In this document: one piece after another, positions 1-9,577 of the stretch | Layout: each line of letters opens with the position of its first letter | Numbering within the stretch: position 1 is the stretch's first letter | Origin: an uncultured Acidobacteriota bacterium | GTDB lineage: Bacteria; Acidobacteriota; UBA6911 | Direction: 5' to 3' | NCBI GenBank assembly: GCA_964651155.1 | Contig: CAZYXB010000002.1 | Location: forward strand, 64,377 to 128,376 | DNA length: 64,000 nt | The notes under the pieces: generated by a model | The model's database searches: none | Told to the model about the DNA's origin: nothing | What the model saw: the letters and a program-made list of their open reading frames with translations, nothing else | Made by a program: the position numbers and the translations under genes

Positions 1-428
1 TCCGCCAGGTCGTGGTCCTCCGTCTCCATCCAGAAGACGGCCACGGCCCGGATCCCCCGGTCCCGCAGCTCGCCGGCCAGGCGCACGGCCGTCAGGGCCT
101 TGTAGACCGTCAGGAGAGGGGCCGCGAAAAGGCCCGTCTGCTGGCCGGTCAGGACGGCGACGCAGTCCGGGTCCTCCAGCGCGTCGATCGATTGCAGCGT
201 GGCCTCGCCGCACCCGTAGCTCCGGTTCTGCCTGCGCAGGATGGATGCGGTCCGGGAGCGCTCGAAGCCGCGGCAGAGGACGGACTCGCAGAGCCCGGGG
301 CCGAGGCTGGGGTGACTGGGGGCGCACGGGTAGAACTGCATCGCCGCGGGCGTGCGCTCCAGGTACTGGAGGAAAAGCTCCGACTGCCGCGGCAGGCTTC
401 GGTAGGGGATGTCCAGGATCGATTCCAT
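1..428 (-). CDS. bshC: Bacillithiol biosynthesis cysteine-adding enzyme BshC, N-terminal part. The gene runs off the window start; its start codon is at 428.
   Basis: Minus-strand translation from the ATG at 428 gives MESILDIPYRSLP...LTGQQTGLFAAPLLTVYKALTAVRLA...FWMETEDHDL. This matches the conserved BshC N-terminal block (GGQQAGLLTGPLYTIHKI...FWVAGEDHDL, quoted from memory, so approximate). It is not in the ORF track because the ORF has no stop inside the window. Confidence 0.6.
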   Translation of the reverse strand, partial: MESILDIPYRSLPRQSELFLQYLERTPAAMQFYPCAPSHPSLGPGLCESVLCRGFERSRTASILRRQNRSYGCGEATLQSIDALEDPDCVAVLTGQQTGLFAAPLLTVYKALTAVRLAGELRDRGIRAVAVFWMETEDHDLA

Positions 429-458
429 AGTGCGCCGCCGCCCGCCCGAGCCCGGGCC

Positions 459-1694
459 CTAGGACCGCCGGTATCCGGTTTGGAGCGCGCCCGCCATCTC
501 GAGCAGCGCCTCGACCTTGCCCGGAAGGCCGAAAAGGTTGATGAACCCTTCCGCGTCCTTCTGGTTGTAGACGGCGTCCTCGGAAAAGGTCGCCAGGTCC
601 TCCCTGTAGAGGGAGAAGGGGGACTTTTTGCCGGCCGCGATGATATTCCCCTTGTAGAGCTTGAGACGGACAGTGCCGCAGACGCGGGCCTGGGTCGAGT
701 TCACGAAGGCGTCCAGGGCCAGCCTCAGTGGCGTGAACCACTGGCCGTTGTAGACCAGCTCGGCGTACCTGGCGGCGACGATGTCCTTGTAGTGGAGCGT
801 TTCCCTGTCGAGCGTGAGGCTTTCCAGCTCGCGGTGGGCGGCCAGCAGGAGGGACGCGCCGGGAGTCTCGTAGACGCCGCGTGATTTCATGCCGACAAGC
901 CGGTTCTCGACCAGGTCCGCGCGGCCGATCCCGTGCTCCCCGCCGATTTGGTTGAGCGCCTCGAGCAGGGGCACCGGGTCGAGGCTCCGCCCGTCGAGCG
1001 CGACCGGGGTCCCCCTGTCATATTCGATCTCGACATACCGCGGCCTGTCGGGCGCCTGCTCGGGGGAGACCGTCAGGGTATACATGCTCTCCTCGGGCTC
1101 CGCCCAGGGGTTTTCCAGGATGCCGCCTTCATGGCTGATGTGCCAGAGATTCCGGTCCTCGCTGTAGATCTTTTCCCTGGTAGCGGCAACCGGGATCTTC
1201 CTCTTCCGGGCATAGTCGATCGCATCTTCCCGGGAGCGGATGTCCCACTCGCGCCAGGGGGCGATGATCCGGAGCTTCGGGTTCAGAGCCTTGAAGGCCA
1301 GCTCGAACCGCACCTGGTCGTTCCCTTTGCCGGTGCAGCCGTGGGCGACGGCGTCGGCGTTCTCCTTTTCGGCGATCGCCACCTGCTGCCGGGCGATCAG
1401 GGGGCGCGCGAAGGAGGTCCCGAGCAGGTACTTCCGCTCGTAGACCGCGCCGGAGCGCAGCACGGGGAGCGCGAACTCCCGCAGGAACTCGTCCCGCAGG
1501 TCCACGACATAGCATTTCGATGCGCCGGTCCGTATCGCCTTTTCCTCCAGGCCCTCGAGCTCGCTCTCCTGGCCTATGTTGGCCGCGAAGGCGATGACTT
1601 CCGCCCCGTAGTTCTCCTTCAGCCAGGGGATGATGATCGACGTGTCCAGCCCTCCGCTGTAAGCCAGCACCACTTTCCTTGCCTGTGCCACCAT
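459..1694 (-). CDS. argG: Argininosuccinate synthase
   Basis: 411-aa ORF with YSGGLDTS (PP-loop), [13 protein letters not shown], and full-length similarity to ArgG. Confidence 0.95.
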   Translation of the reverse strand: MVAQARKVVLAYSGGLDTSIIIPWLKENYGAEVIAFAANIGQESELEGLEEKAIRTGASKCYVVDLRDEFLREFALPVLRSGAVYERKYLLGTSFARPLIARQQVAIAEKENADAVAHGCTGKGNDQVRFELAFKALNPKLRIIAPWREWDIRSREDAIDYARKRKIPVAATREKIYSEDRNLWHISHEGGILENPWAEPEESMYTLTVSPEQAPDRPRYVEIEYDRGTPVALDGRSLDPVPLLEALNQIGGEHGIGRADLVENRLVGMKSRGVYETPGASLLLAAHRELESLTLDRETLHYKDIVAARYAELVYNGQWFTPLRLALDAFVNSTQARVCGTVRLKLYKGNIIAAGKKSPFSLYREDLATFSEDAVYNQKDAEGFINLFGLPGKVEALLEMAGALQTGYRRS

Positions 1695-1709
1695 ATCCAG
1701 TATCTCCAG

Positions 1710-2765
1710 TTAGTGTTCCCGGGAGTTGATGCCCTCGACGAGTTTCTTCAGATCCGGCGTTCTGTCCTTGCTGCAGACGAGCACGTTGCCGTGCGCCTCG
1801 ACGATGACCAGGTCGGAGACGCCGAACGCGGCGATCGAACCGGTCTGCGCATAGAGGATGCAGCCGGTCGCTTCCTCCGTGACAGTCGATCCGAGGCGGA
1901 TGTTGGCGTGCGCGTCGGCGGGGAGGACGCGTTCGAGCGAGGACCACGTGCCGATGTCGTCCCACCCGAACCGGGCCGGGATCATCCGCAGCCCGGAGGC
2001 CTTCTCCAGGATCCCGAAATCGATGGAGATGCGCGGCAGCCCCGGGAAAATCCTGTAGATCTCGCCGTGGGATTCGTCCATGCCGACGTGGGGCCTCAGC
2101 CGGCACAGCCCGTCGTACAGCTCGGGCATATGCGTTTCGAAAAGCTCCAGCAGCGTCCGGTTGCGCCACAGAAACATTCCGCTGTTCCAGAAGTAGCGGC
2201 CGTCGGCCAGGTAGCGGGCCGCGGTCGGCGCGTCCGGCTTTTCGACGAACCGGACCACGCGGCGGCATCCCGCCATAGAGGCGTCCCCCTCGGTCAGGAT
2301 GTACCCGTACCCCGTTTCCGGGCGCACGGGGGGAATCCCGAAGACCACTCCCGTGGCATCCCCGAGGTTGCCGATGCCCGACCGGACGGCGTCCCGGTAG
2401 GCCCCCAGGTCGCGGATATAGTGGTCGGCCGGGAGGGCGAGCATCAGCCCGTCCGGGTCCCGCTTCTCGATGTGGAGGGCGCAGAAGCCGAGGCACGCCG
2501 CGGTGTCGCGGCCGACAGGTTCGACGATGAAGTTGCCCGCCGGTATGTGCAGCAGCTGCTGCCGCGCCGTCTCCAGGTGCGCGGCCCCGATGGAAACGAG
2601 GATCCGTTCCGGGGGGGCCAGCGGCAGGATCCGTTCGACCGTGTCCTGGATGAGGGACCGCTTGCCCAGAAGCGGGATGAAGGGTTTGGGCAGGCTGTTC
2701 GTGCTCAGGGGCCAGAACCTCTCCCCGCGTCCGCCCGCCATGATGACTGCATAGAGATCCGCCAT
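1710..2765 (-). CDS. manC: Mannose-1-phosphate guanylyltransferase (GDP-mannose pyrophosphorylase)
   Basis: Internal start MADLYAVIMAGGRGERFWPLS gives the nucleotidyltransferase G-rich loop typical of ManC/GMP. The longer ORF start at 2870 adds a non-homologous R/P-rich leader and is rejected. Confidence 0.8.
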   Translation of the reverse strand: MADLYAVIMAGGRGERFWPLSTNSLPKPFIPLLGKRSLIQDTVERILPLAPPERILVSIGAAHLETARQQLLHIPAGNFIVEPVGRDTAACLGFCALHIEKRDPDGLMLALPADHYIRDLGAYRDAVRSGIGNLGDATGVVFGIPPVRPETGYGYILTEGDASMAGCRRVVRFVEKPDAPTAARYLADGRYFWNSGMFLWRNRTLLELFETHMPELYDGLCRLRPHVGMDESHGEIYRIFPGLPRISIDFGILEKASGLRMIPARFGWDDIGTWSSLERVLPADAHANIRLGSTVTEEATGCILYAQTGSIAAFGVSDLVIVEAHGNVLVCSKDRTPDLKKLVEGINSREH

Positions 2766-3081
2766 GTTTCCTGCCCGCATTCCGACCGGCCCGGACCGTT
2801 GCGGCCGGTCTGCGGCCGGGGGGCGGGATCCTCTGCCCCGCGCCGGCCCGGTCGCGTGTTGCAGTGTCATTCTAATGGAGGAATCCCGGTTTTCCTATGG
2901 CAAAAAGGGAGGGGCGTCCCGCATTCCCCCGCGGCGGGTCCCGGGCCGCCCGGGCGCCCGGGCGGCCGCCGGAAAAAGATTTTGCCAAGCGCATGCGGGT
3001 GTGGGAATATGCCGCCGGTGGGACGTGCAACCCAATGGCCCCGGAGACAGCCCGCGGGACGGTGCGCACGCCCCGGGAGGG

Positions 3082-4581
3082 ATGTTTGTGCTCTGTTTGC
3101 GTGAGATCCGACGTGCCGGCCGCATTCTGGACGCCGCCGTCACCGGGTGCGTCCTGAAGCGGGTCGCCCAGGCGGACGCCCTGTCTCTACTGTTGACCTG
3201 CGTTGACCGCGGGAAGACGCGCACGGGCATTCTGCTGTCGTGCGACCCGGAGTATGCGCGCGTCTGCGCCCTGGAGGACACCGGCGCGCCGGGAGCCCCC
3301 GCCGGATCCTTCGCGGAGTTCGCCCGGGCGCGCCTTGCCGGCGCCATCGTCTCCGGCGTCTCCGTTTCGGGCCGGAACAGGCAGATCCGCCTGGAGCTCG
3401 ACGCGCGGCCCGATTCCTGGAGCCTGATCCTCTCCATCATGGGCCCCCGCAGCAACCTGTATCTGGCCGACGCCATGGGGCGGCTGGCGCACGCCATGCG
3501 CCCGCTCGAGGAGACCCGTCGGGACCTCAAAATCGGGGACGTGTGGACCGACCCGGCCGGCTCGGCCCCTTCCGAGGGGGTGGACCGGTGGGAAGACGTC
3601 GCCGACGACGCCTATCTCGGTGCCATCGGCCGGCAGTACGGGCAGATGCAGCTGCGGCGCGATGCCCTCGGGCTTGCGCGAACCATCGAGCAGGTCCTTG
3701 GCAGGGAGAGGCAGCTGTTCGGCCGCAAGTGGAACCGCCTCGAGGAGGATCTTGCCCAAGCCCGGCTCGCGGAAACCTACCGGAGGAAGGGGGAGCTGCT
3801 GAAGACGGTCCTGCACGAGATCCGCCCCGGGGACGACCGCATAACGGCCTCCGACTACGCCGCCGGTGCGGAGGTCGACATAGCGCTCGACCCGGATCTT
3901 TCGCCGTCGGAGAACCTGGAGGCGTATTTCGAGCGGTACCGGAAGGATTCCAGGGGCGCCGGGTTCATCGAGCAGCAGCTATCGAAACTGACGGCGGAGC
4001 GCCGCGAAATCGACGCCGCCGAGTCCTCCGTGCGCGCCGCGATGGAGGCCGACCCGCCCGACCGGCCGGCGCTCGAGAGGATCGGGTCCACGCCCCTCGT
4101 CCGGCGCCTGATCGGACGGTATGCGCCGCGGCGCCCGAAAGCGGCCGTCCCGGAGTGGCCGAAAGCGGAAAGCGCGATACCCGCGCGCCTGCGCCCCAAG
4201 CGCTACAGGACCGGCGACGGGCTGGAGATCTGGGTGGGGCGGAGCGACGAGGGGAACGACTACGTGACGACGCGCATGGCGCGCGGCAACGACCTGTTCT
4301 TCCACCTCGAGGGGTATCCGGGCAGCCATGTCATCCTGCGCACCGGGGGCCGGACGGACCCTCCGCCGGCTTCCGTGCTGGATGCGTGCGAGCTCGCGGT
4401 CCACTTCTCGAAGATGAAGGAGGCCCGGAGCGCGGACGTGCACGTCGCCCCGGTCAAGAACGTGAAGAAGCCTGCGGGGGCCAAGCCCGGGTTGGTCTAC
4501 GTGTCCCGGGGGAGAACCATCCGCCTGAGGCGCGACCCCGCCCGCCTCCAGAACATCCTTGCCTCGCGGATCGACGCGTAG
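3082..4581 (+). CDS. rqcH: NFACT-family protein (RqcH / fibronectin-binding protein A-like, ribosome quality control)
   Basis: The C-terminal block EIWVGRSDEGNDYVTTRMARGNDLFFHLEGYPGSHVIL is an NFACT-R/DUF814 signature, and coiled-coil NFACT-N-like regions lie upstream. Start chosen at the ATG at 3082 (MFVLCLREI...); the ORF-track start at 2764 adds a P/R/G-rich leader. Confidence 0.7.
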   Translation: MFVLCLREIRRAGRILDAAVTGCVLKRVAQADALSLLLTCVDRGKTRTGILLSCDPEYARVCALEDTGAPGAPAGSFAEFARARLAGAIVSGVSVSGRNRQIRLELDARPDSWSLILSIMGPRSNLYLADAMGRLAHAMRPLEETRRDLKIGDVWTDPAGSAPSEGVDRWEDVADDAYLGAIGRQYGQMQLRRDALGLARTIEQVLGRERQLFGRKWNRLEEDLAQARLAETYRRKGELLKTVLHEIRPGDDRITASDYAAGAEVDIALDPDLSPSENLEAYFERYRKDSRGAGFIEQQLSKLTAERREIDAAESSVRAAMEADPPDRPALERIGSTPLVRRLIGRYAPRRPKAAVPEWPKAESAIPARLRPKRYRTGDGLEIWVGRSDEGNDYVTTRMARGNDLFFHLEGYPGSHVILRTGGRTDPPPASVLDACELAVHFSKMKEARSADVHVAPVKNVKKPAGAKPGLVYVSRGRTIRLRRDPARLQNILASRIDA

Positions 4582-4605
4582 GGGCCGCCCGGCGGGCGAG
4601 CCCGG

Positions 4606-5610
4606 TCATGCAATGATGAGGACATCGGGCGCGGCGCGCATCTTCGGCCCGTTTTTGGATGGCTTGTGCCCGAAAATCTGGTCCAGGTCCAGGGGCGGCT
4701 TGTCGAAGTGGCCGTGCTTTTCCCACGGATTGGGGAAGAAGACCTTGATCCCGCGGAATTTCAGAAACGGGTAGACCTCGTCGTCGGTCATCCTGTTGTA
4801 CTTGACGACTTTGATGGCCTGTTCGCCGAGACCGTCGGCGTCGATGACCAGCTCGACATTCTCGAAGGACTGGAGGGCCTTCTTGTTTTCGATCATGAAG
4901 GGGACGCCGTCGCGTATGTTGGCGTCGCCGAACTGGTGCACGATCAGCACCTTCTTCCTCTTCAGCCGATGTTCCCTGACGTAGTCGTCGAGCAGCCTCT
5001 GCACCGTGTTGATCTGCCAGGCCTGGACGGTCCCTATCGGGATCCCCGGACGCTCCCTGCCCGGGTGCACCCGGAATTCGGGATCGATGGCCACGGCCAC
5101 GTTCTCGTACTCGAGGTAGCCCTTCCGGATGATGCGCTCCACCTGCTCGACGGGGTCGGATTTGCCTATCTGGGTGTCGAGCACCACCATCCAGCCCCGC
5201 GCGGCCGCCGGTTCGATGTATTTGCCCGTGATGTCCTTTTCGATCCCTTCAAGGTAGAGGAGGCAGTCGTCTCCGGGCACGCAGGGGATGGCCATGGCGT
5301 AGATCAGGTGGATGCCCGGGATCACCCCTTTGCCCCCGTTTTTGGCCCGGATGTCCCTCCGCCAGGGGGCGATGTCGGACTCCATCTCCTCGATCGTCTT
5401 GTACTGCCCGAGGCGTCCGAGGACCGGGGCGACGCCGAACGCCCTTCCGTAGACGGTGAACAGGGTGTTGTTCCCCAGAACCGTCTCCGCTTCGTGGCCC
5501 GGCAACAGCCGCAGGGCATCGTACCAGTGGACCGATTGCGGGAAGCCCAGGTAGGCCGTGGCCGCCAGGATCAGGGAAAGCAACAGGGCGCAGGGAACGG
5601 TTCGTCGCAT
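4606..5610 (-). CDS. Secreted hypothetical protein with signal peptide. It may be a glycoside-hydrolase-like fold, but function is not assigned.
   Basis: Internal start MRRTVPCALLLSLILAATAYLG is a signal peptide. The rest is a conserved-looking 335-aa globular protein. Confidence 0.5.
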   Translation of the reverse strand: MRRTVPCALLLSLILAATAYLGFPQSVHWYDALRLLPGHEAETVLGNNTLFTVYGRAFGVAPVLGRLGQYKTIEEMESDIAPWRRDIRAKNGGKGVIPGIHLIYAMAIPCVPGDDCLLYLEGIEKDITGKYIEPAAARGWMVVLDTQIGKSDPVEQVERIIRKGYLEYENVAVAIDPEFRVHPGRERPGIPIGTVQAWQINTVQRLLDDYVREHRLKRKKVLIVHQFGDANIRDGVPFMIENKKALQSFENVELVIDADGLGEQAIKVVKYNRMTDDEVYPFLKFRGIKVFFPNPWEKHGHFDKPPLDLDQIFGHKPSKNGPKMRAAPDVLIIA

Positions 5611-5789
5611 GGTCTGTTCGGGTGTCCTTCCATGTACGGCCCGCGGCATCGGGGCCGTATCCATTGTATCGGATGATTCCGTCTTTCGGATGAGATTTTC
5701 AATATATAGCGGCCCCCCGCCCGCGGGCGAAGGACTTTTTTTATTTGTACCGGCCGCCCGGATGCCGTACCATGAAGTCTTCATTGCCT

Positions 5790-5900
5790 TGACGGGCCCC
5801 GGGCCCCGTGCAATATAACCCTCGAACCATGTCAGGTCCGGAAGGAAGCAGCATTAAGAGGATCCTTATATGTGCAACGGGTTCCCCGGGGCTCGACCCA
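5790..5900 (+). ncRNA. ffs: Signal recognition particle RNA (4.5S/ffs, small bacterial type)
   Basis: There is an exact 22-nt match to the universally conserved SRP RNA domain IV motif GTCAGGTCCGGAAGGAAGCAGC at 5831-5852. Flanking sequences can pair (cccgtgcaatataa / ttatatgtgcaacggg with a one-nucleotide bulge; ccccggg / ccccgggg outer stem). The position immediately upstream of dnaX matches the ffs-dnaX synteny common in bacteria. Ends are approximate. Confidence 0.7.
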
Positions 5901-5907
5901 TTATCCT

Positions 5908-7740
5908 ATGCAATACCAGGTACTAGCCCGCAAATGGCGCCCGCAGAACTTCCATGAGATCGTCGGGCAGGAACATGTCTCGCGCACCCTCCATAACGCC
6001 CTGGAGAGCGGTCGGGTCGCGCATGCCTTCCTGTTTTCCGGCCCCAGGGGGAGCGGGAAGACCTCGACGGCGCGGATCCTGGCCAAGGCGCTCAACTGCC
6101 ACGAAGGGAGCCCGGTGGAGCCGTGCGGGCGCTGCCCGTCCTGCACGGAGATCGCGGCCGGGAACTCGATCGACGTGCTCGAAATCGACGCGGCATCGAA
6201 CACGAGCGTCGACAACGTCCGGCAGCTGATCGAGCAGGCGCGGTACCAGCCGGCGCGCGACCGGCACAAGATATTCATCATCGACGAAGTGCACATGCTG
6301 AGCAACGCGGCTTTCAGCGCCCTGCTGAAAACGCTCGAAGAGCCGCCTTCGCACGTGGTCTTCATCATGGCCACGACCGAATACCAGAAGATCCCGGTGA
6401 CGATCCTGTCCCGCTGCCAGCAGTACACGTTCAAGCTTATCGCGTACCCCCTGATCCTGGACCGGCTGCGGAGGATCGCGGATGCCGAGGGGATCTCCAT
6501 CGGCGACGGGGCGCTCGAACAGGTGGCCTTCTCAAGCGGCGGCAGCATGCGGGACGCCATGTCGGCGCTCGACCAGGTCCTCGCGTTCAGCGGGAACCAG
6601 GTCCGCGACACCGATGTGGTGACGCTGCTCGGACTCGTCGAGCCGAAGGTTCTCGGCCGGACGGTCCGGGCCATCGCCTCGGGCGACATCCCCGTGATCC
6701 TCGAGACGGTCGGGGAGCTGGTCGAGGCGGGGCAGGACCTGCAGGTGTTCTGCCGGAGGCTCATCGGGCATTTCCGGAACCTTACGGTCCTCAAGTCCGG
6801 AGTCGAGGACCTCGCGCTGCTCGGGATCCCCGGAAGCACGCTCCCCGACCTGCGGGAGCAGGCGGCGCTGTTTTCCAGGGAGGACCTCCTCCGGCTTTTT
6901 GAAACGCTTCTCGGGATCGACGGCGCCGTGCGGCACGCCGCGCAGGCGCGCTTCCAGCTCGAGATGGGACTGATCGAGCTCGCGCACCTGGCGAAGCTGC
7001 GGCCGCTGGAGGACCTGATCGCGGAGTTTTCGGCCCTGGCCGAAACCGGGCCCGCGCCCCCGGCCGCCGCAGGAGCCGCGCCGGCCGCTCCGCGCCGCCG
7101 GCCCGATGCGACACCGGTCCCCCGGCCGCCGGCCGCAAGGGAAATCCGCCCCCCCCGGGGGGGAGAGCGCCGGGAAGCGCCTGCCGTCCGGGCTGTGCCG
7201 GTCAGCGAGAACGAGGCTCCAGCCCCGGAGGACGCGCCGGCCCCGAAGGACGCGCCGGCCGGGACGGACGCGCCGGCCCCGAAGGATGCGCCGGGCGGGA
7301 CGGACCCCCGGAAGCTGCTGCTTCAGATCGCCTCGGCCGTCGGCAGGGAGCCGCTCGAGTCGATGCTGGCCCATCTCGAAGGCGCCAGGCTCGAGGGCGA
7401 CGCCGTCATCCTCGAAATGGGGAGCGCCAAGGAGTTTTTCCGAAGCCAGATCAGCGAAAGCCTCCCCGCCATCGAACAGGCGGCCTCCTTGGTCGCCGGC
7501 GCCGCAGTCCGGGTGCGGTTCGGGGAATCCGGGCCCCCGACGGGCGTCCAATCCGCCGGGCCCCCGGCGGGCGTCCAATCCGCCGGGCCCCCGACGGGCG
7601 TCCAATCCGCCCCGGGCCCGGACGCCCCCGCCGGATGCGCGAATCCGGATCTGCTCGAGAAGGCGAAGAAGGAGCCCGTCGTGCGGTCCTTCCTGGATAC
7701 GTTCACGGGGCCCGTTGACGTCGAGAAGATCCATTCATGA
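5908..7740 (+). CDS. dnaX: DNA polymerase III subunits gamma/tau
   Basis: MQYQVLARKWRPQNF...GPRGSGKTS (Walker A)...DEVHMLS; AAA+ clamp-loader architecture. Start moved to the ATG at 5908 (consensus DnaX N-terminus) from the GTG at 5872. The linker contains in-frame tandem repeats (18-bp x4 at 7231-7305; 27-bp x3 at 7531-7611). Confidence 0.9.
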   Translation: MQYQVLARKWRPQNFHEIVGQEHVSRTLHNALESGRVAHAFLFSGPRGSGKTSTARILAKALNCHEGSPVEPCGRCPSCTEIAAGNSIDVLEIDAASNTSVDNVRQLIEQARYQPARDRHKIFIIDEVHMLSNAAFSALLKTLEEPPSHVVFIMATTEYQKIPVTILSRCQQYTFKLIAYPLILDRLRRIADAEGISIGDGALEQVAFSSGGSMRDAMSALDQVLAFSGNQVRDTDVVTLLGLVEPKVLGRTVRAIASGDIPVILETVGELVEAGQDLQVFCRRLIGHFRNLTVLKSGVEDLALLGIPGSTLPDLREQAALFSREDLLRLFETLLGIDGAVRHAAQARFQLEMGLIELAHLAKLRPLEDLIAEFSALAETGPAPPAAAGAAPAAPRRRPDATPVPRPPAAREIRPPRGGERREAPAVRAVPVSENEAPAPEDAPAPKDAPAGTDAPAPKDAPGGTDPRKLLLQIASAVGREPLESMLAHLEGARLEGDAVILEMGSAKEFFRSQISESLPAIEQAASLVAGAAVRVRFGESGPPTGVQSAGPPAGVQSAGPPTGVQSAPGPDAPAGCANPDLLEKAKKEPVVRSFLDTFTGPVDVEKIHS

Positions 7741-8336
7741 GCGATTACGCCGAACCCATTGAACGGTTGATCGACGAGTTCCGGAAACTCCCCGGGATCG
7801 GTTCCAAGAGCGCCCAGCGGCTCGTCTACAGCATCATGCGCCGCAGCAGGGAGGATGCCCTGCGCCTCAGCGGCGCGATCGTGGAGGTGAAGGAGAAGAT
7901 CCGCTTCTGCTCGCGGTGCAACAACTACTCGGACCGGGATCCCTGCGAATACTGCAACAACAGCCGCCGGTCGGGCGAGACGATCTGCGTCGTCGAACAG
8001 CCCCAGGACATTCTCGCCATTGAGAGGACGCGGGAATACCACGGCCAGTACCATGTCCTGCACGGAGCCCTGTCGCCCATCAACGGGATCGGCCCCGAGG
8101 ACCTGAAGCTCAAGAATCTCCTGGAACGGCTGCGGGAGGGGAATACGAAGGAGATCATCCTGGCCACGAACCCGAACGTCGAGGGGGAGGCTACGGCGAT
8201 CTACATCGCCAAGCTGCTCGGACCGATCGGCGTCAGGGTGAGCCGGATCGCTCTCGGGATCCCTGTAGGGAGCGACCTGGAGTACGCCGACGAGGTCACG
8301 ATGTCGAAGGCGCTCGAACACCGACACGAGATATAG
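7737..8336 (+). CDS. recR: Recombination protein RecR
   Basis: N-terminal HhH (LPGIGSKSAQRL), C4 zinc finger (CSRCNNYSDRDPCEYC), Toprim domain. The start overlaps the dnaX stop (ATGA). Confidence 0.95.
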   Translation: MSDYAEPIERLIDEFRKLPGIGSKSAQRLVYSIMRRSREDALRLSGAIVEVKEKIRFCSRCNNYSDRDPCEYCNNSRRSGETICVVEQPQDILAIERTREYHGQYHVLHGALSPINGIGPEDLKLKNLLERLREGNTKEIILATNPNVEGEATAIYIAKLLGPIGVRVSRIALGIPVGSDLEYADEVTMSKALEHRHEI

Positions 8337-8354
8337 CCGGCGGCGCGACCCCGG

Positions 8355-8777
8355 TCAGTGCGCCCCCTCGATCCACACCTCGCCGTCCTCGCAAAATTCC
8401 TTTTTCCAGATGGGAACGTACCGCTTGATGGCGTCGATGGCGAACCGGCAGGCATCGAAAGCGGGCGCGCGGTGGGCCGACGCCACGGCGATGACGATGC
8501 TGCATTCCCCGATGTCCAGGTGCCCCAGCCGGTGGACGATGGCGATGGCGCGGATGTCGAACGCCTCCTTCGCCTGGCGGCCGATCTCCTCGATTTTTTT
8601 GAGCGCCATCGGTTCGTAGGCGTCGTATTCCAGAAACCGGACGCTTTTGCCGTTCGCGTGGTTGCGCACCACGCCTTCGAAGACGACCAGGGCGCCGTCT
8701 TCGGGCTGCTTGATCGTCCCGGTGACCGTCCCGATCTCGATCGGGTCTCGTACAAGTCGAAACAATTTACCCTCCAC
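8355..8777 (-). CDS. moaE: Molybdopterin synthase catalytic subunit
   Basis: 140 aa with full-length similarity to MoaE. GTG start overlaps the moaD 3' end. Confidence 0.85.
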   Translation of the reverse strand: MEGKLFRLVRDPIEIGTVTGTIKQPEDGALVVFEGVVRNHANGKSVRFLEYDAYEPMALKKIEEIGRQAKEAFDIRAIAIVHRLGHLDIGECSIVIAVASAHRAPAFDACRFAIDAIKRYVPIWKKEFCEDGEVWIEGAH

Positions 8778-9012
8778 TGACCGGCGGGAACAGGGCGACC
8801 TCGTCCCCGTCGCGGACCGGCGTGTCGGGCTGGGCGAAATCGGAATTCAAGGCCAGAAGGACGGTCCCCCGGCAGCGTTCCAGCAGCGGAAATTCACGGA
8901 TGAAATGATTCAGGATGGATCCGACGTCGGCATGGCCGCCGGCCTCCACGCTGGTCTCGCGCATCCCGGTGACGTCGGCAAGGGATGCAAAAAACAGCAC
9001 GCGTATGCTCAT
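8767..9012 (-). CDS. moaD: Molybdopterin synthase sulfur-carrier subunit
   Basis: 81 aa ending in GG, with ThiS/MoaD fold signature, directly upstream of moaE. Confidence 0.75.
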   Translation of the reverse strand: MSIRVLFFASLADVTGMRETSVEAGGHADVGSILNHFIREFPLLERCRGTVLLALNSDFAQPDTPVRDGDEVALFPPVSGG

Positions 9013-9025
9013 GGGCCCAAGAATA

Positions 9026-9547
9026 TCAGATCGCGGGCGCCTTGGGGGGCTGTTTTTGCATTTTCCGGCACCGCCGCACCCGGGATCCGTCCGGGCACTC
9101 CTCCAGCAACGACCGCATCGACTTGCGGAGCACCGGGTGCAGGAATTCCGGGGCGATCCGCGCCATCGGTTCCAGGACGAACCTGCGGCAGGCCAGGCGG
9201 GGATGGGGGATGAACAGGTCAGCCTCCCGGATCACGGCGCTGCCGTAGAAAAGGATGTCCAGGTCGAGGGTCCGCGGCGCGTTCGGAAACGGCCGCGCAC
9301 GGCCGCGGTCCGCCTCGATCTGCTGGCATAGCCGGAGCAGTTCGCGCGGGCCGAGCCGGGTCTGGAGGCCGACGGCCATGTTCAAAAACCACGGCTGGTC
9401 CCCGCAGCCGACGGGCTCGGTCTCGTAGCAGGGGGAGGCCACCAGGGCATCGCCCGCCCGTTCGAGCTCCCGGAGGGCGTACCGGAGGTGCCCCTGCCTG
9501 TCGCCCAGGTTCGAGCCGGCCGAGATGTAGGCTTGGACTGGATCCAT
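9026..9547 (-). CDS. folK: 2-amino-4-hydroxy-6-hydroxymethyldihydropteridine pyrophosphokinase (HPPK)
   Basis: YISAGSNLGDR...ETEPVG...RTLDLDIL motifs of FolK. Confidence 0.9.
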   Translation of the reverse strand: MDPVQAYISAGSNLGDRQGHLRYALRELERAGDALVASPCYETEPVGCGDQPWFLNMAVGLQTRLGPRELLRLCQQIEADRGRARPFPNAPRTLDLDILFYGSAVIREADLFIPHPRLACRRFVLEPMARIAPEFLHPVLRKSMRSLLEECPDGSRVRRCRKMQKQPPKAPAI

Positions 9548-9577
9548 CGCGCACCTTGTGCCGGAAGACTGCGGGTA

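Noticed and set aside
12-884. 290-aa plus-strand ORF overlapping argG and bshC
   Set aside because: It is antisense to two well-supported genes, R/G/P-rich, and has no family resemblance. This is a typical high-GC shadow ORF.
933-3104. 723-aa plus-strand ORF, and 1129-2496 minus-strand 455-aa ORF
   Set aside because: Both run antisense or out of frame across argG and manC. The translations are Arg/Pro/Gly-rich low-complexity, which indicates GC-bias artefacts.
3240-4616. 458-aa plus-strand ORF inside rqcH in another frame
   Set aside because: It overlaps the NFACT gene out of frame. Composition is extremely R/G/P-rich.
4600-4670. GC-rich palindromic segment at the convergent rqcH / secreted-protein junction as a bidirectional terminator
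   Set aside because: The inverted repeat is imperfect, lacks a T-tract, and lies within the 3' end of the minus-strand CDS.
5611-5790. Promoter assignment for ffs (TTGACG at about 5789-5794 with AATATA) and a possible riboswitch in the dnaX leader
   Set aside because: The candidate -10 would start the transcript inside the predicted SRP RNA 5' helix, so the promoter is probably further upstream and could not be pinned down by eye. No riboswitch-like conserved core was recognised.
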